This document shows, piece by piece, positions 28,099-40,199 of a DNA stretch of 64,000 nucleotides. The stretch spans positions 11,600-75,599 of the forward strand of contig CAZSUU010000015.1 of the NCBI GenBank assembly GCA_964610105.1, read 5' to 3'. This DNA is from an uncultured Verrucomicrobiota bacterium. Lineage in GTDB: Bacteria; Verrucomicrobiota; Kiritimatiellia; PWTM01. The notes beneath the pieces were generated by a model, which searched no databases, was not told where the DNA came from, and saw only the letters and a program-made list of their open reading frames with translations. The number at the start of each line of letters is the position of its first letter. The stretch's first letter is position 1. The translations under genes were made by a program, and so were the position numbers.

Positions 28099-29619
28099 GT
28101 GTCCATGACGAACCAGCTCAAGCCGGACGAAATCTCCGCGATCCTCAAGCAGCAGCTCGCGGGGATGGAATTCAAGCCCGAGTACCATGAGGTCGGCGCG
28201 ACGGTCAGCGTCGGCGACGGCGTGGCGCGCTGTTTCGGCATCGGCTCGGTGATGGCCGGGGAGCTGGTCGAGTTCAAGGACGGCACCCCGGGGATCGCGC
28301 TCAACCTCGAGGACGAGAGCGTCGGCGTCGCCCTCCTCGGCGAGGACTTCCACGTCCGCGAGGGCGACGAGGTCCGGCGGACCGGCCGCATCGCCTCCGT
28401 CCCGGCGGGCGACGCGCTGCACGGCCGGGTGGTGGACGCCCTCGGCCGCCCCCTGGACGGGGGGGGCCCGATCCTGGCCAGGGACCGGCGCCCCGTGGAG
28501 ACCCGCGCGCCGGGGATCATGGAGCGCCAGAACGTCCGCGAGCCGCTGGTCACCGGCATCAAGGTCATCGACGCCCTCACGCCCATCGGCCGCGGGCAGC
28601 GGGAGCTCATCATCGGCGACCGCAAGACGGGCAAGACGACCATCGCCATCGACACCATCCTGAACCAGGCCGGCCAGGGCGTGGCGTGCTTCTACGTGGC
28701 GATCGGGCAGAAGCGTTCGACCGTGGCGCTGATCCACGAGCTGCTGCGCCGGAAGGGCGCGATGGAGTACACGACGATCGTCGCCGCCACCGCCTCCGAC
28801 CCGGCGCCGATGCAATACCTCGCCCCCTTCGCCGGCTGCGCGATGGCCGAGCACTACCGCGATTCCGGCCGGCACGCCCTGGTGGTCTATGACGACCTGA
28901 CCAAGCAGGCGCAGGCCTACCGCCAGATGTCGCTGCTCCTGCGCCGTCCCCCCGGCCGCGAGGCCTTCCCCGGCGACATCTTCTACCTGCACAGCCGTCT
29001 GCTCGAGCGGGCGGCGAAACTGAGCGACGGGCGGGGCGGCGGCAGCCTCACCGCGCTGCCGATCGTGGAGACGCAGGCCAACGACATCTCGGCCTACATT
29101 CCGACGAACGTCATCTCCATCACCGACGGCCAGATCTTCCTGGAGGCCGGCCTGTTCAACGCCGGGCAGCGACCGGCGATCAATCCGGGCATCTCGGTCT
29201 CGCGCGTCGGCGGCGACGCGCAGATCCGCGCGATGAAGAAGACGGCCGGCACGCTGCGGCTGGAGCTGGCCCAGTACCGCGAGCTGGCGGCCTTCTCGCA
29301 GTTTTCCGCGGACCTCGACGCGGCCACCCTGCGACAGCTCGACAGCGGGCGCCGGGCGATGCAGATGATGAAGCAGGGGCCGCACGAGCTGTTGACGATG
29401 GCCCGGCAGGTGGCGGCGATCTACGCGACGACCCACGGCTTCCTTGATCACATCCCGCCGGACCGGGTCCGCCGTTTCGAGCAGGAGTTGTACCTCGCCA
29501 TGGACGCGCTCTACGGCGACTACGTGCGGCGGTTCAACGAGGCGCGGGACCTGACCCCCGAGGTCGTCGCCGCGCTGGAGACGATGCTCAAGGAGTTCGC
29601 GCCGCGGTTCCAGCCCTGA
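28099..29619 (+). CDS. atpA: F0F1 ATP synthase subunit alpha
   Basis: Walker A GDRKTGKT and conserved alpha-subunit blocks. GTG start at 28099, alternative ATG at 28105. Confidence 0.9.
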   Translation: MSMTNQLKPDEISAILKQQLAGMEFKPEYHEVGATVSVGDGVARCFGIGSVMAGELVEFKDGTPGIALNLEDESVGVALLGEDFHVREGDEVRRTGRIASVPAGDALHGRVVDALGRPLDGGGPILARDRRPVETRAPGIMERQNVREPLVTGIKVIDALTPIGRGQRELIIGDRKTGKTTIAIDTILNQAGQGVACFYVAIGQKRSTVALIHELLRRKGAMEYTTIVAATASDPAPMQYLAPFAGCAMAEHYRDSGRHALVVYDDLTKQAQAYRQMSLLLRRPPGREAFPGDIFYLHSRLLERAAKLSDGRGGGSLTALPIVETQANDISAYIPTNVISITDGQIFLEAGLFNAGQRPAINPGISVSRVGGDAQIRAMKKTAGTLRLELAQYRELAAFSQFSADLDAATLRQLDSGRRAMQMMKQGPHELLTMARQVAAIYATTHGFLDHIPPDRVRRFEQELYLAMDALYGDYVRRFNEARDLTPEVVAALETMLKEFAPRFQP

Positions 29620-29626
29620 ACGACCC

Positions 29627-30508
29627 ATGGCCACCTTCCGAGAGTTCAACGTGAAACTGGCGAGCCTGCGCGGCATGCGCCGGATCACGCGCACCATGCG
29701 CATGGTCGCCGCCGGCCATCTTCGGCGCACGCAGGAGGCCTTCGGGCACAGCGCCGCCTACCGCGACGCCCTGCGGAGCATCCTCGCCGAGGCGGCGCCC
29801 GCCGCCCCGCGTCCTCCGCCGCCGGACGCCCCCGTCCGGACGAGCCGCAATGCGCTGCTGCTGGTGCTCTCGTCGGACCGGGGTCTCTGCGGCGGATTCA
29901 ACGGACGGCTGGTCGAGGGGGTCGCGGACTGGCTGGAGGCGAATCGCGACCGCTGGCGCATCCTCCGCGCCGCGTTCTGGGGCCGCAAGGCGTGGCGCGC
30001 GCTGCGCACACGCGTGGAGACGCGCGGCCAGTATCCGGGCCTGCCTTCGCCGCCGGAGTTTGACGATGCCGTGCGCATCGGCATCGAGATCGACGAGCTG
30101 TTCAAGTCCGGCAAGTACGCCGAGATCCACCTGGCGTACACCCGGTTCCGCAACGTCACCGCGCAAGAGGTGACCGTCGAGCGGCTCCTGCCCTTCGTGC
30201 CGCCCGCCCACGCGCCCGAGCGTCCGCGCGCCGGGACGACCGATCTGCGCGAGAAGGTGTACGAACCGTCGCGGGAGATCCTCGCCGAGCGGCTGACGAT
30301 GCAGTGCGTCCGGTTCCACATCTACCAGGCCATGCTCCAGAGCGCCGCCAGCGAACACGGGGCGCGGATGATGGCCATGGAGAGCGCGACGAGCAACATC
30401 GACAAGCTCTCGGCCCAGTACACCCTGCTCCGCAACACCGCCCGCCAGGCCGCCATCACCCGCGAGCTCAACGAGATCGTCTCGGGCGCCGAGGCGCTGA
30501 AGGCGTAG
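29627..30508 (+). CDS. atpG: F0F1 ATP synthase subunit gamma
   Basis: N-terminal MATFREFNVKLASLRGMRRITRTMRMVAA and C-terminal ITRELNEIVSGAEAL are gamma-subunit signatures. Confidence 0.85.
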   Translation: MATFREFNVKLASLRGMRRITRTMRMVAAGHLRRTQEAFGHSAAYRDALRSILAEAAPAAPRPPPPDAPVRTSRNALLLVLSSDRGLCGGFNGRLVEGVADWLEANRDRWRILRAAFWGRKAWRALRTRVETRGQYPGLPSPPEFDDAVRIGIEIDELFKSGKYAEIHLAYTRFRNVTAQEVTVERLLPFVPPAHAPERPRAGTTDLREKVYEPSREILAERLTMQCVRFHIYQAMLQSAASEHGARMMAMESATSNIDKLSAQYTLLRNTARQAAITRELNEIVSGAEALKA

Positions 30509-30610
30509 GCGGCAAAGAGGCGCTCCCTTGCGGGAGCGGAACCATGAACAAAGCAGTCTGGAAAGTGACAACCGGAAATCAGGACGTGACACCTGGGGTT
30601 TGGAGTCTGA

Positions 30611-32430
<1,820 letters not shown>

Positions 32431-32630
32431 TCTGATTCCGATTTGAACAGGAGGAAACGGAGGCAACAGAGGGGGACATGGGGGATGGTTGACGGTTGAT
32501 GGTTAATGGGAGTGGGAGTCTGAGACTTGAGCCCTGAGGATGGCCCCCGCGGTTCCGGTGAGGTGGAACGGCTTCGCCTGAAGACGCTTCCCATCCAGCG
32601 GTCAGCGCCATGCGGTGACGGATCGCGGCC

Positions 32631-33851
32631 TCACGAGACCGGCGCCGCGCCGTCCGTCGCCTGTCCTTCGAGCAGCGTCCAGCCATACCACAGCATGCGC
32701 GGCAGGTGGAACGGACCCTTCCACATCGAGCCCTTGAGCGGGCTGGCCCGGCGCCCGTCGCGGCGCAGGTAGCCGTACCACTCGCCGAACTCGCGATCCG
32801 GGAAGTGGCGAAACGACCACGCATGCACCTTGCGGTGCCACTCCGCGTACTTCGGCCGGCCCGTCATCGCGTGCGCCAGCAGCGTCGCGATGACCGCCTC
32901 GTTGTGCGGCCACCAGAACTTCATGTCCTGCCAGTACTCCTGCACCGGCCGGCCGCGCACGTCGGTGAAGTAGAGGATGCCGCCGAACTGCCGGTCCCAT
33001 CCGCGCGCCCACATCCAGTCGAGGATCTTCAGGCCGAGCGCCCGGTAGTCCGCGCGCCCGCGCAGGCGAGCCTCGTGCAGGATGAACCAGGCGCATTCGA
33101 ACGAGTGACCGGGGTTCAGCATGCGGCCGTCGAAGTGGTCGTACACCTCGCCGCGCGGCCCCACGCATTCCATGAGCGCCTTCAGCCGGGGCTTGAGGAA
33201 ATCGCGGCGGATCTCGGCCACGGCGCGGTCGATCCACTCCGTGCACGCCGCCCCCTCCACGCGCACATCGCCCAGATGGGCACGGAGTTCCTGCGCCGTC
33301 GCGATCGTCATCATCAGTGGCGAGAGCCCCTTCATCGGCCGCGTCCGCGGGTCCGACTTCGGAACGATGCGGCCGGGCTCCCGGTGGTACCGGAGGAACG
33401 TGCCGAACGTCCGGACCGCATCCCGCGCGGCTTTCCTCTCCCCTGTCGCCTTCGCCCAGGCGGCGAACGCGATGGCGGCGAAGCACTCGCTGAAGACGTA
33501 GCGGCGCATCCTCAGCGGCCGGCCCTCGCGGGTGACGGTGAAGTAGAGTTTGCCGTTCGGGGCAAAACAGCGCCGGCGCAGGAAGTCGACGCCCAGGCGC
33601 GCCGCCTCGAGCCACGCGCGGCGCGGTTCCACGGTGTTGAAGAGCGTGGCGAACATCCACGCGCCCCGGCCCTGGAACCAGACCGACTTGTCCGTGTCCA
33701 CCACCGTCCCGTCGCGGTCGAGGGCGGTGAAGTACCCGCCGTGCCTTCGGTCCAGCCCGTGGCGGAGCCAGAACGGGATGACGTCGTCCAGCAGCGTCCG
33801 CCGGTAAAAGCCGGCCAGCCGCATCAGTTGCGCCCTGGAGTACGCGCTCAT
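32631..33851 (-). CDS. AGE-family epimerase/isomerase (N-acylglucosamine 2-epimerase-like)
   Basis: (alpha/alpha)6-barrel AGE family pattern: DVIPFW, GGYF, DKSVWFQGR, WFILHEA, GGILYF and FWWPHNEA. Start at MSAYSRAQL, the internal Met at position 60 of ORF 32631..34028. Confidence 0.75.
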   Translation of the reverse strand: MSAYSRAQLMRLAGFYRRTLLDDVIPFWLRHGLDRRHGGYFTALDRDGTVVDTDKSVWFQGRGAWMFATLFNTVEPRRAWLEAARLGVDFLRRRCFAPNGKLYFTVTREGRPLRMRRYVFSECFAAIAFAAWAKATGERKAARDAVRTFGTFLRYHREPGRIVPKSDPRTRPMKGLSPLMMTIATAQELRAHLGDVRVEGAACTEWIDRAVAEIRRDFLKPRLKALMECVGPRGEVYDHFDGRMLNPGHSFECAWFILHEARLRGRADYRALGLKILDWMWARGWDRQFGGILYFTDVRGRPVQEYWQDMKFWWPHNEAVIATLLAHAMTGRPKYAEWHRKVHAWSFRHFPDREFGEWYGYLRRDGRRASPLKGSMWKGPFHLPRMLWYGWTLLEGQATDGAAPVS

Positions 33852-33870
33852 GCCCCGGCGTTCCTGCCCC

Positions 33871-35349
33871 TCACCGGCTTCCCGCGGCGCTGCCCCTCGC
33901 CAGCTTCCCGCGGGCATCCCGCCAGCCTCTGCCGTGATTGAGCAGCGCGGCGAGACGATCAACCTCGGCCTTGTGTGCGGCATCCTCGACGAGGTTCCGC
34001 GCGGCGAGGGGTCCGCGCTCGTGGTCATACAGCTCGCGCGCCTGCATCGCGCCGGTCTTCCGGACGATCCACTCGGTGTAGCGCCACCGCCCGCTGCGCA
34101 GGGTGTAGCCCATCAACGCCCCGCGCGGGTACTGACTGAACGAGGCCTCCTTCCACGGGCGGGCGGGGTCGGCGAGGAGCGGCGCGAGGCTCGTGCCCTC
34201 GCAGTGCGCGGGCACGCCCAGGCCGCAGACCTCGGTGAGCGTGGGATAGAGATCCACGAATTCGACGAGCGCCTCGCTCGACTTGCCGTTGCCCGCTTGA
34301 CCGGGGACCGAGACAATCAGCGGCGCATGCGTGTCAAGCTCGAGATTCGTGTGCTTGCACCACGCGCCATACTCGCCGAGCTTCCACCCGTGGTCACCCC
34401 ACAGCACGACCACCGTCCGGTCAGAAAGCGCCAGCCGCTGAATCGCGTCCAGCAGCCGCCCCACCAGTGCGTCCGTGTAGCTGACGCACGCGTGGTAGCC
34501 GTGGATCAGGCGCAGCGCCCATTTGTCATCGACCGCTCCCTTCGCCGGAATCCCGGTGTATTGCCGCATCTCGCCCCACCCTGAACCGGCTATCGGCGGC
34601 ATACCCTCCGGCCATTCGCGTTGCGCGGGTACGGCGAAGTCGGTCTCCTTGTACAGATCCCAGTATCGTTTCGGCGCGTTGAAGGGCAGGTGCGGCTTGA
34701 TGAAGCCCACGGCGAGGAAGAACGGTTTCCCGCCGCCCGCCAGCCGGCGCATCTCCTCCTGCGCCTTCACGGCCGTGCGGCCGTCAGGATACTCTTCGTC
34801 GGCCACATCGGCGCACTCGAACGCCGGACCAAGCCCCTTGCCCTTCGCGCCGTTGTCCCTCACCTCCGACGCGAGATAGCCGCGGCCCTTCCACGGACCT
34901 TCCGGATGCCAGGCGGGCAGGCTCCAGCCCTTGCCGTTATCGTCGTTCGCGTGGTGATAGATCTTGCCAAGCGACACGGTCTCGTAGCCGGCCTCGCGGA
35001 AATGCTGCGGCAGCGTGCGCACGTCGGGCAGCGTCTTGCGGAGAGGGTGTTCAAGGTCGAAGATGCCTGTCGAGTCAGGCCGCAGTCCGCTCAGCAGGCT
35101 GGCGCGCGAGGGGGCGCACACGGCCTGTTGGCAGTAGGCGCGGCGGAAGACCACGCCCGCCTCCGCCAGCCGGTCGATGTTCGGACTCCGGACGACCGGC
35201 GCCCCGAAACATCCGAGCGTTGGACGGAGGTCGTCGACCGCGATGAACAGGACATTCAGCCGCTCGGGCTTCTCCACGGCCGGTGAGGCGGAACCGCACA
35301 GAAGCGCCCAGGCAACCGCCCCCGCCCGCCAGAACACGTGATCTTCCAT
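33871..35349 (-). CDS. sulfatase (formylglycine-dependent arylsulfatase family)
   Basis: Signal peptide, then the signature CAPSRASLLSG (C-x-P-x-R). Start at MEDHVFWRAGAVAWALL. The antisense ORF 33850..34584 was rejected. Confidence 0.8.
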   Translation of the reverse strand: MEDHVFWRAGAVAWALLCGSASPAVEKPERLNVLFIAVDDLRPTLGCFGAPVVRSPNIDRLAEAGVVFRRAYCQQAVCAPSRASLLSGLRPDSTGIFDLEHPLRKTLPDVRTLPQHFREAGYETVSLGKIYHHANDDNGKGWSLPAWHPEGPWKGRGYLASEVRDNGAKGKGLGPAFECADVADEEYPDGRTAVKAQEEMRRLAGGGKPFFLAVGFIKPHLPFNAPKRYWDLYKETDFAVPAQREWPEGMPPIAGSGWGEMRQYTGIPAKGAVDDKWALRLIHGYHACVSYTDALVGRLLDAIQRLALSDRTVVVLWGDHGWKLGEYGAWCKHTNLELDTHAPLIVSVPGQAGNGKSSEALVEFVDLYPTLTEVCGLGVPAHCEGTSLAPLLADPARPWKEASFSQYPRGALMGYTLRSGRWRYTEWIVRKTGAMQARELYDHERGPLAARNLVEDAAHKAEVDRLAALLNHGRGWRDARGKLARGSAAGSR

Positions 35350-35399
35350 CCTCACTTCTCCACGGTGCGGCCCTCGGCGAAGGCCAACAGCTCGCACTC

Positions 35400-36317
35400 T
35401 CACCGGACCCACTCCCAGAACCCCATCGCGTCGAGTTCCGCGCGCAACTGCCTGACCTGCTCCGGCGTCAGCGTGGTGTTCGGCAGCCGGGCCGGGCCGA
35501 CGTCGACGCCGAGCATGCCCATGACCGCCTTGGCCGCGCCCATGTAGCCGAAGCCCGCCAGGGTCTTCACCAGCCGCACGCCGCGGTACTGCTCTTCGCG
35601 CGCCGTCACGAGATCACCGGCGGCAAACGCCTTCATCAGCCGCAGGTAGACCGGCGCGGCGAAGTTGAAGCCGCTGCCCACCGCGCCCCGGGCCCCGACG
35701 GCGAGCGCGGCGAGCATGGCTTCGTCGATCCCCCACGGCAGGTCGAACCCGCCGGGCGCATGCAGGCAGACCTGGTAGGCGAACAGGTCGGGATTGGTCC
35801 ACTTGATGCCCGCGAGACTGGGGATGCGTTCGCGGCCGCGCGCGAGGAAGTCCGGCATCGGCAGGGCGACGCCGGTGAGCGAGGGAATGTCGTAGTAGTA
35901 GAACGGCAGGTCCGGCGCGCCGCCGGCGATCCGCGCACAACCCTCGATGAGCACGTCCACGTCGCGCGGCTTGAAATACGACGGGGCGAACGCCGCCACG
36001 CCGGCGGCGCCGAGCAGCTGCGCCTCGACGGCCAGGTCCCGCGCATCGGCCAGGCAGTTGGAACCCACGTGTACGATCACGCGCATCGGCGTGCCGCGCG
36101 ACACCTCGATCCACCGCTGCGTCAGCCGGAAGCGCTCGTCGAGCGACAGCGAGTGGCTTTCGCCCGTGCTGCCGCCGACGAAGGCGATGTCGACCCCGTT
36201 CTTCAGGAGATGCGCCGCCTGCCGCTCCACCGCCTTCAGATTCAGCGATCCGTCCCCGTCAAAAGGGGTGTGCGTCGCCGCCACCAATCCCTCGATCTTG
36301 AATCCGTTCCTGCTCAT
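35400..36317 (-). CDS. DapA/NanA-family class I aldolase (N-acetylneuraminate lyase-like)
   Basis: Schiff-base lysine region LAGIKWTNPDL and an overall match to the DHDPS/NanA fold. GGAGG Shine-Dalgarno sequence 7 nt before the internal ATG (MSRNGFKIEG). Confidence 0.75.
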   Translation of the reverse strand: MSRNGFKIEGLVAATHTPFDGDGSLNLKAVERQAAHLLKNGVDIAFVGGSTGESHSLSLDERFRLTQRWIEVSRGTPMRVIVHVGSNCLADARDLAVEAQLLGAAGVAAFAPSYFKPRDVDVLIEGCARIAGGAPDLPFYYYDIPSLTGVALPMPDFLARGRERIPSLAGIKWTNPDLFAYQVCLHAPGGFDLPWGIDEAMLAALAVGARGAVGSGFNFAAPVYLRLMKAFAAGDLVTAREEQYRGVRLVKTLAGFGYMGAAKAVMGMLGVDVGPARLPNTTLTPEQVRQLRAELDAMGFWEWVR

Positions 36318-36343
36318 GTATGGGCCTCCGATCGCGGTTCGGG

Positions 36344-38926
36344 TCAATCCTCATGCGCGCTCTTCCGGGTGAACACCGTCATGCCCTCCGGCGCCGCGCG
36401 CGGACCGGGCAGCACCAGGCTGGCCAGCCAGCCCACGATCACGCACGAGAGGACGCCGATGAGCGCGAAACACCAGAAGACCGTCAGGCGGTGCGACGAG
36501 ACGTACCAGACCAGCGCCCCGCTGACGAGGGCCCCCGCCAGCGCTCCCCGTCCGTGCGCGCGACGGGAGAAGATGCCGAGGACGAAGAGCCCGGAGATCG
36601 TCCCCCCGAAGAGGCCGAGGACATTGAGGAAGGCCTCCCAGATCGAGCGGACGTCCGAGCGGGCCAGCCACAGCGCCGCCAGCGTCCCGCCCAGCCCGAC
36701 GACGCCGGTGAGCGCCTGCGCCAGCCGCAGGTACTGCCGGTCGGTCCGTCCCGGCGCGAGGCGGCGGTGAAAATCGGTGATGTAGGCGGTGGCGACGCTG
36801 TTGAGGCTGCTCGCGAGGGTGGACTGGGCCGCGGCGAAGACGCCGGCGACGATCAGTCCCGCCACGCCCGCGGGCAGCTCGCGCACGATGAACAGCGGGA
36901 AGATCGCATCGGTCGGCAGGGTGGGATCGAGGCGGGCCGGGTGCTGCCGGTAGAAGGCGAAGAGGGCCGTGCCGATGGCGAAGAAGAGGGCCTGGGCGAC
37001 GGGCGAGAGCGCGGCGTTGGTCCAGATCGCGCGGGCCGCGCCGCGGCGGTCCGCCGTCGTGACGTAGCGCTGGACGATGTCCTGGCTGGCCGTGTACGAG
37101 AAGAGATTGCCGAACACGCTGCCGATCATGATCACCCAGCCCGACGCGAGGGTGACGTCCCAGGTCCACGGCACGGATTGGAGCACCTTGCCGCCCTCGT
37201 TCGCCGCGGCGACGATCGCCGGGGCGCCCCCGTCGACGCGCGCCACGATCGTGACGAGCGCCCACACGGCGCCGCCCATGAGCACGATGGTCTGGGCGAA
37301 ATCGGTCCAGATCACCGCCTCGATGCCGCCGAGCATGGTGTACACGACGCAGAGCACGCCCATCAGGATGATCGACGTCGTCACGTCCAGGCGGCTCACC
37401 GTCGCCAGCGCCAGGGCCGGCAGGTAGAGCACGATGGCGATGCGCCCGCACTGGAAGAGGATGAACAGGGCGCTGGCGATCATGCGCACGGCGCCGTTGA
37501 AGCGCCGCTCGAGGTACTCGTAGGCGGAGGTCACGTTCAGCGAGCGGTAGAACGGCAGGTAGACGAGGGTGACCAGCGGCGTGAGGAGCAGGTAGGTGTT
37601 GCCGAGAAAGAGGTTCCAGCCCTCCGCGTAGCCCTTGGCGGGGATGGCCATGAAGGTGATGGAGCTGAGCATCGTGGCGAAGATGCTCACGCCGGCCGCC
37701 CACCACGGGATGCGCTGTCCGCCCCGGAAGAAATCGTCGGTGGACCGGTTCCTCCGGGCGAAACTCGTGCCCAGCCAGACCATCGCCCCCAGGTACGCGA
37801 ACAGCGTCAGGTAGTTCGCCAGGCCGAAACCGGCCTTCTGCGCCACGGGCGCATATCGCCAGATCTCCGGCGAACGGACCCCGGGCCGCGCCTCGCCGCT
37901 GGGCACCACGATGCCGCCCTGCCACGTCACGGCCGGCGCCGTCACGCGGCACGCGGCGGCCGTGCCGAACGTCGTCCACGTGTCGGTGATGGTGTGATAG
38001 GCGAGGATCGCGCCGTTGAAGCCCGGGTGCGCGGAGGGCGGATCGAACCCGTAGTGCGCGCCGTCGTCGCAGCCGAGCAGAAGGAGATGCGAGGGGCCCA
38101 CCGCCGGCATGGGCGCGGGCCCCGCCGCGGCCGGGTGCGGAAGGTCGGCGAGGCGCCTCCAGCCGGTGCGGGGCTCGTAGCGGTAGGCGTCCCGCAGGTA
38201 CGTGCGCACCGGCGAGCCGTCCGGACCCGCCCGCAGCGAGACGCCGCCGGCGAGGTGGAAGACGCCCGCCTGCACGCCCGCCGCCGCCAGGGTGCGGGCG
38301 GGCCCGGGCCAGGAAGGCAGGGGGCGCCAGCCGGCCGCGGGGGCGTCGAGGTCGAGCGACCAGAAACCGGAGGAGGCCTCCACGGCGCCCGGCGCCGTCT
38401 CGCCGCCCGCGACGTACACCACCGCCCCCGCGGCCGCGCCGCAGGCGTTGGCCAGGGGCACCGGGAGGGGCGGGAGGCGGCGGACGGCCAGGCGCGCGCC
38501 GTCCCAGTTCAACAGGAAGGCGTCGGGATGGTGCCGCGCGGAATCGCTGCCGCCGACGCACAGCACGCCGCGCTCGGTGGTGATCGACACCCCGTACGCG
38601 CGGGGGGCCGGCAACGCGCCCGCCCGATCCCATGCGCCGGTCGGGGAGGCCAGCGCGTAGACCGCGTCGTGCCAGACCTTGCGTCCGCCCTCCCACGGCA
38701 TGCCGGCGGGGAAGTTCGCGCCGCCGGCGACGAGCAGGGCGCCGCCGCTCACCCCCGCGAAGGGGCCGGCGACGCCGACCGGATCCGGCAGCGGGGGCAG
38801 CGCGGCGGCGGAGAGGCCGCCGCGGGCCGCGCCCGCACCGGCCAGCACGAGTCCGAGCACGGCCCATGCGACGCCCCTGCGCGCGCGGCCGTCCGGGATC
38901 CGACCGGTCCGTCTGCCCCACAGCAT
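36344..38926 (-). CDS. fusion protein: N-terminal Kelch-repeat N-acetylneuraminate mutarotase-like domain plus C-terminal sodium:solute symporter (SSS family)
   Basis: Signal peptide, then about 6 Kelch blades (GGANFPAG and GGETAPG repeats), followed by 13-14 TM helices with SSS family motifs. Start at MLWGRRTG, defined by the frame of ORF 36344..40039. The 5' 371 codons of that ORF overlap the plus-strand regulator gene. The exact start may be off by 1 nt. Confidence 0.75.
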   Translation of the reverse strand: MLWGRRTGRIPDGRARRGVAWAVLGLVLAGAGAARGGLSAAALPPLPDPVGVAGPFAGVSGGALLVAGGANFPAGMPWEGGRKVWHDAVYALASPTGAWDRAGALPAPRAYGVSITTERGVLCVGGSDSARHHPDAFLLNWDGARLAVRRLPPLPVPLANACGAAAGAVVYVAGGETAPGAVEASSGFWSLDLDAPAAGWRPLPSWPGPARTLAAAGVQAGVFHLAGGVSLRAGPDGSPVRTYLRDAYRYEPRTGWRRLADLPHPAAAGPAPMPAVGPSHLLLLGCDDGAHYGFDPPSAHPGFNGAILAYHTITDTWTTFGTAAACRVTAPAVTWQGGIVVPSGEARPGVRSPEIWRYAPVAQKAGFGLANYLTLFAYLGAMVWLGTSFARRNRSTDDFFRGGQRIPWWAAGVSIFATMLSSITFMAIPAKGYAEGWNLFLGNTYLLLTPLVTLVYLPFYRSLNVTSAYEYLERRFNGAVRMIASALFILFQCGRIAIVLYLPALALATVSRLDVTTSIILMGVLCVVYTMLGGIEAVIWTDFAQTIVLMGGAVWALVTIVARVDGGAPAIVAAANEGGKVLQSVPWTWDVTLASGWVIMIGSVFGNLFSYTASQDIVQRYVTTADRRGAARAIWTNAALSPVAQALFFAIGTALFAFYRQHPARLDPTLPTDAIFPLFIVRELPAGVAGLIVAGVFAAAQSTLASSLNSVATAYITDFHRRLAPGRTDRQYLRLAQALTGVVGLGGTLAALWLARSDVRSIWEAFLNVLGLFGGTISGLFVLGIFSRRAHGRGALAGALVSGALVWYVSSHRLTVFWCFALIGVLSCVIVGWLASLVLPGPRAAPEGMTVFTRKSAHED

Positions 38927-39013
38927 GCGCCCATCATACCGATCGCCCTGCAAACGACGATGAAAAGCGATTGGTTTCGTGATAGAACCTTCAATGGTGG
39001 GACGGGATGGAAC

Positions 39014-40111
39014 ATGCACCTGACGCCCGAACGGAGACCGCTGCCCCTGGCCGCCGCGGACCTGCTGAAGCGGCAGATCGCCGCCGGCGTGTGGCACGCG
39101 TACATCCCTCCCGAGCGCGATCTGTGCGCGCGGATGGAGATCGGCCGCAACACGCTCCGGGCGGCCCTCGCGCTCCTCGAGCGCGAGGGATGGATCGGCC
39201 GCGGGCATCCCGGCCGCCGCCGCGCGGTGAATCCGAAGAGGGCGACGGTCTCCCCGGGCGCCGCGGAGTCGTCGCACCAGGTGGCCTTCCTCACCGACCA
39301 GGCGCAGGACGCCCTGCCCCTGCACACCCTGCGCGAGGTGGACATGCTGCGGGTGGCCCTGGGGGAAGCGGGCTACCGGCTGGTGGTCCGCTCCAGCCAG
39401 GCCTTCCCCGCGAAGGGGCCGTCGGGCATCCTCACCCGTCTCGTTCGATGCCACCCCGCCGCGGTATGGATCCTGCACAGGTCCTCCTTCGACACCCAGC
39501 AGTGGTTTCAGATCCGCGGGATTCAGGCCCTCGTCCTGGGATGCCCCCACGAGGGCATCGACCTGCCCTACGTCACCGAGAACATCGAGGCCGCCGCGCG
39601 CCACGCGGCCGGCCTGCTCTTCACGGCCGGCCACCGCAGCGTCGCGCTCCTCTGCCCCGGCACCCGGCTGGCCGGCCACCACGTGGCCGCCCGCAGCGTG
39701 GAGGGCGTCTTCTCCCGCCTCTCCCCGAGCTCCACCGTCCGCGCCTCGTCTCACGACGGATCGGCGGACGGACTCTGCCTCCAGATCCGCACGCTCCTCG
39801 CCGGGGACGACCCGCCGACCGCGTTCATCACGATGTCCGTGGCCGAGACGGTGACCCTGGTGACGTTCCTGGCGCAACTGGGTCGCCGGGTGCCGGACGA
39901 TGCCTCCGTGCTCTGCCTGTTCGACGACCCCACGTTTTCGCAGATCGTCCCCGCAATCACGCGCTACCGCGCGAACACGGCCCACCTCGTGCGCCTCGTG
40001 CATCGCCGCGCCCTGGAGATCGCGGAAGGCCTTCCGCATCCGCCGCCGTCGAAGCTGATGTGCGAGTGCATACGCGGCCGGAGCGTGGCCCCGCCCCCGC
40101 CCCGCCCCTGA
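39014..40111 (+). CDS. transcriptional regulator with an N-terminal GntR-like wHTH and a C-terminal periplasmic-binding-protein-like sugar-binding domain
   Basis: The HTH region LPPERDLCARMEIGRNTLRAALALLEREGWI is followed by a LacI/PBP-type fold. Divergent from the symporter gene. The remaining 5' part of ORF 36320..40111 is antisense junk. Confidence 0.65.
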   Translation: MHLTPERRPLPLAAADLLKRQIAAGVWHAYIPPERDLCARMEIGRNTLRAALALLEREGWIGRGHPGRRRAVNPKRATVSPGAAESSHQVAFLTDQAQDALPLHTLREVDMLRVALGEAGYRLVVRSSQAFPAKGPSGILTRLVRCHPAAVWILHRSSFDTQQWFQIRGIQALVLGCPHEGIDLPYVTENIEAAARHAAGLLFTAGHRSVALLCPGTRLAGHHVAARSVEGVFSRLSPSSTVRASSHDGSADGLCLQIRTLLAGDDPPTAFITMSVAETVTLVTFLAQLGRRVPDDASVLCLFDDPTFSQIVPAITRYRANTAHLVRLVHRRALEIAEGLPHPPPSKLMCECIRGRSVAPPPPRP

Positions 40112-40199
40112 TCCCGCGCCGCGTCCGCAGGCCTCCTCCCGCCAGAACGGCGGGCTGCAGGCGGCCCGCCGTTCGACCGGACCCGGGATCCTCTTCCCG

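Noticed and set aside
36320-39013. 5' 900 codons of plus ORF 36320..40111, and minus ORF 36351..38921
   Set aside because: The Kelch-SSS fusion occupies this DNA on the minus strand in a different frame, with coherent TM helices. Only the last 365 codons of the plus ORF (the regulator) are real.
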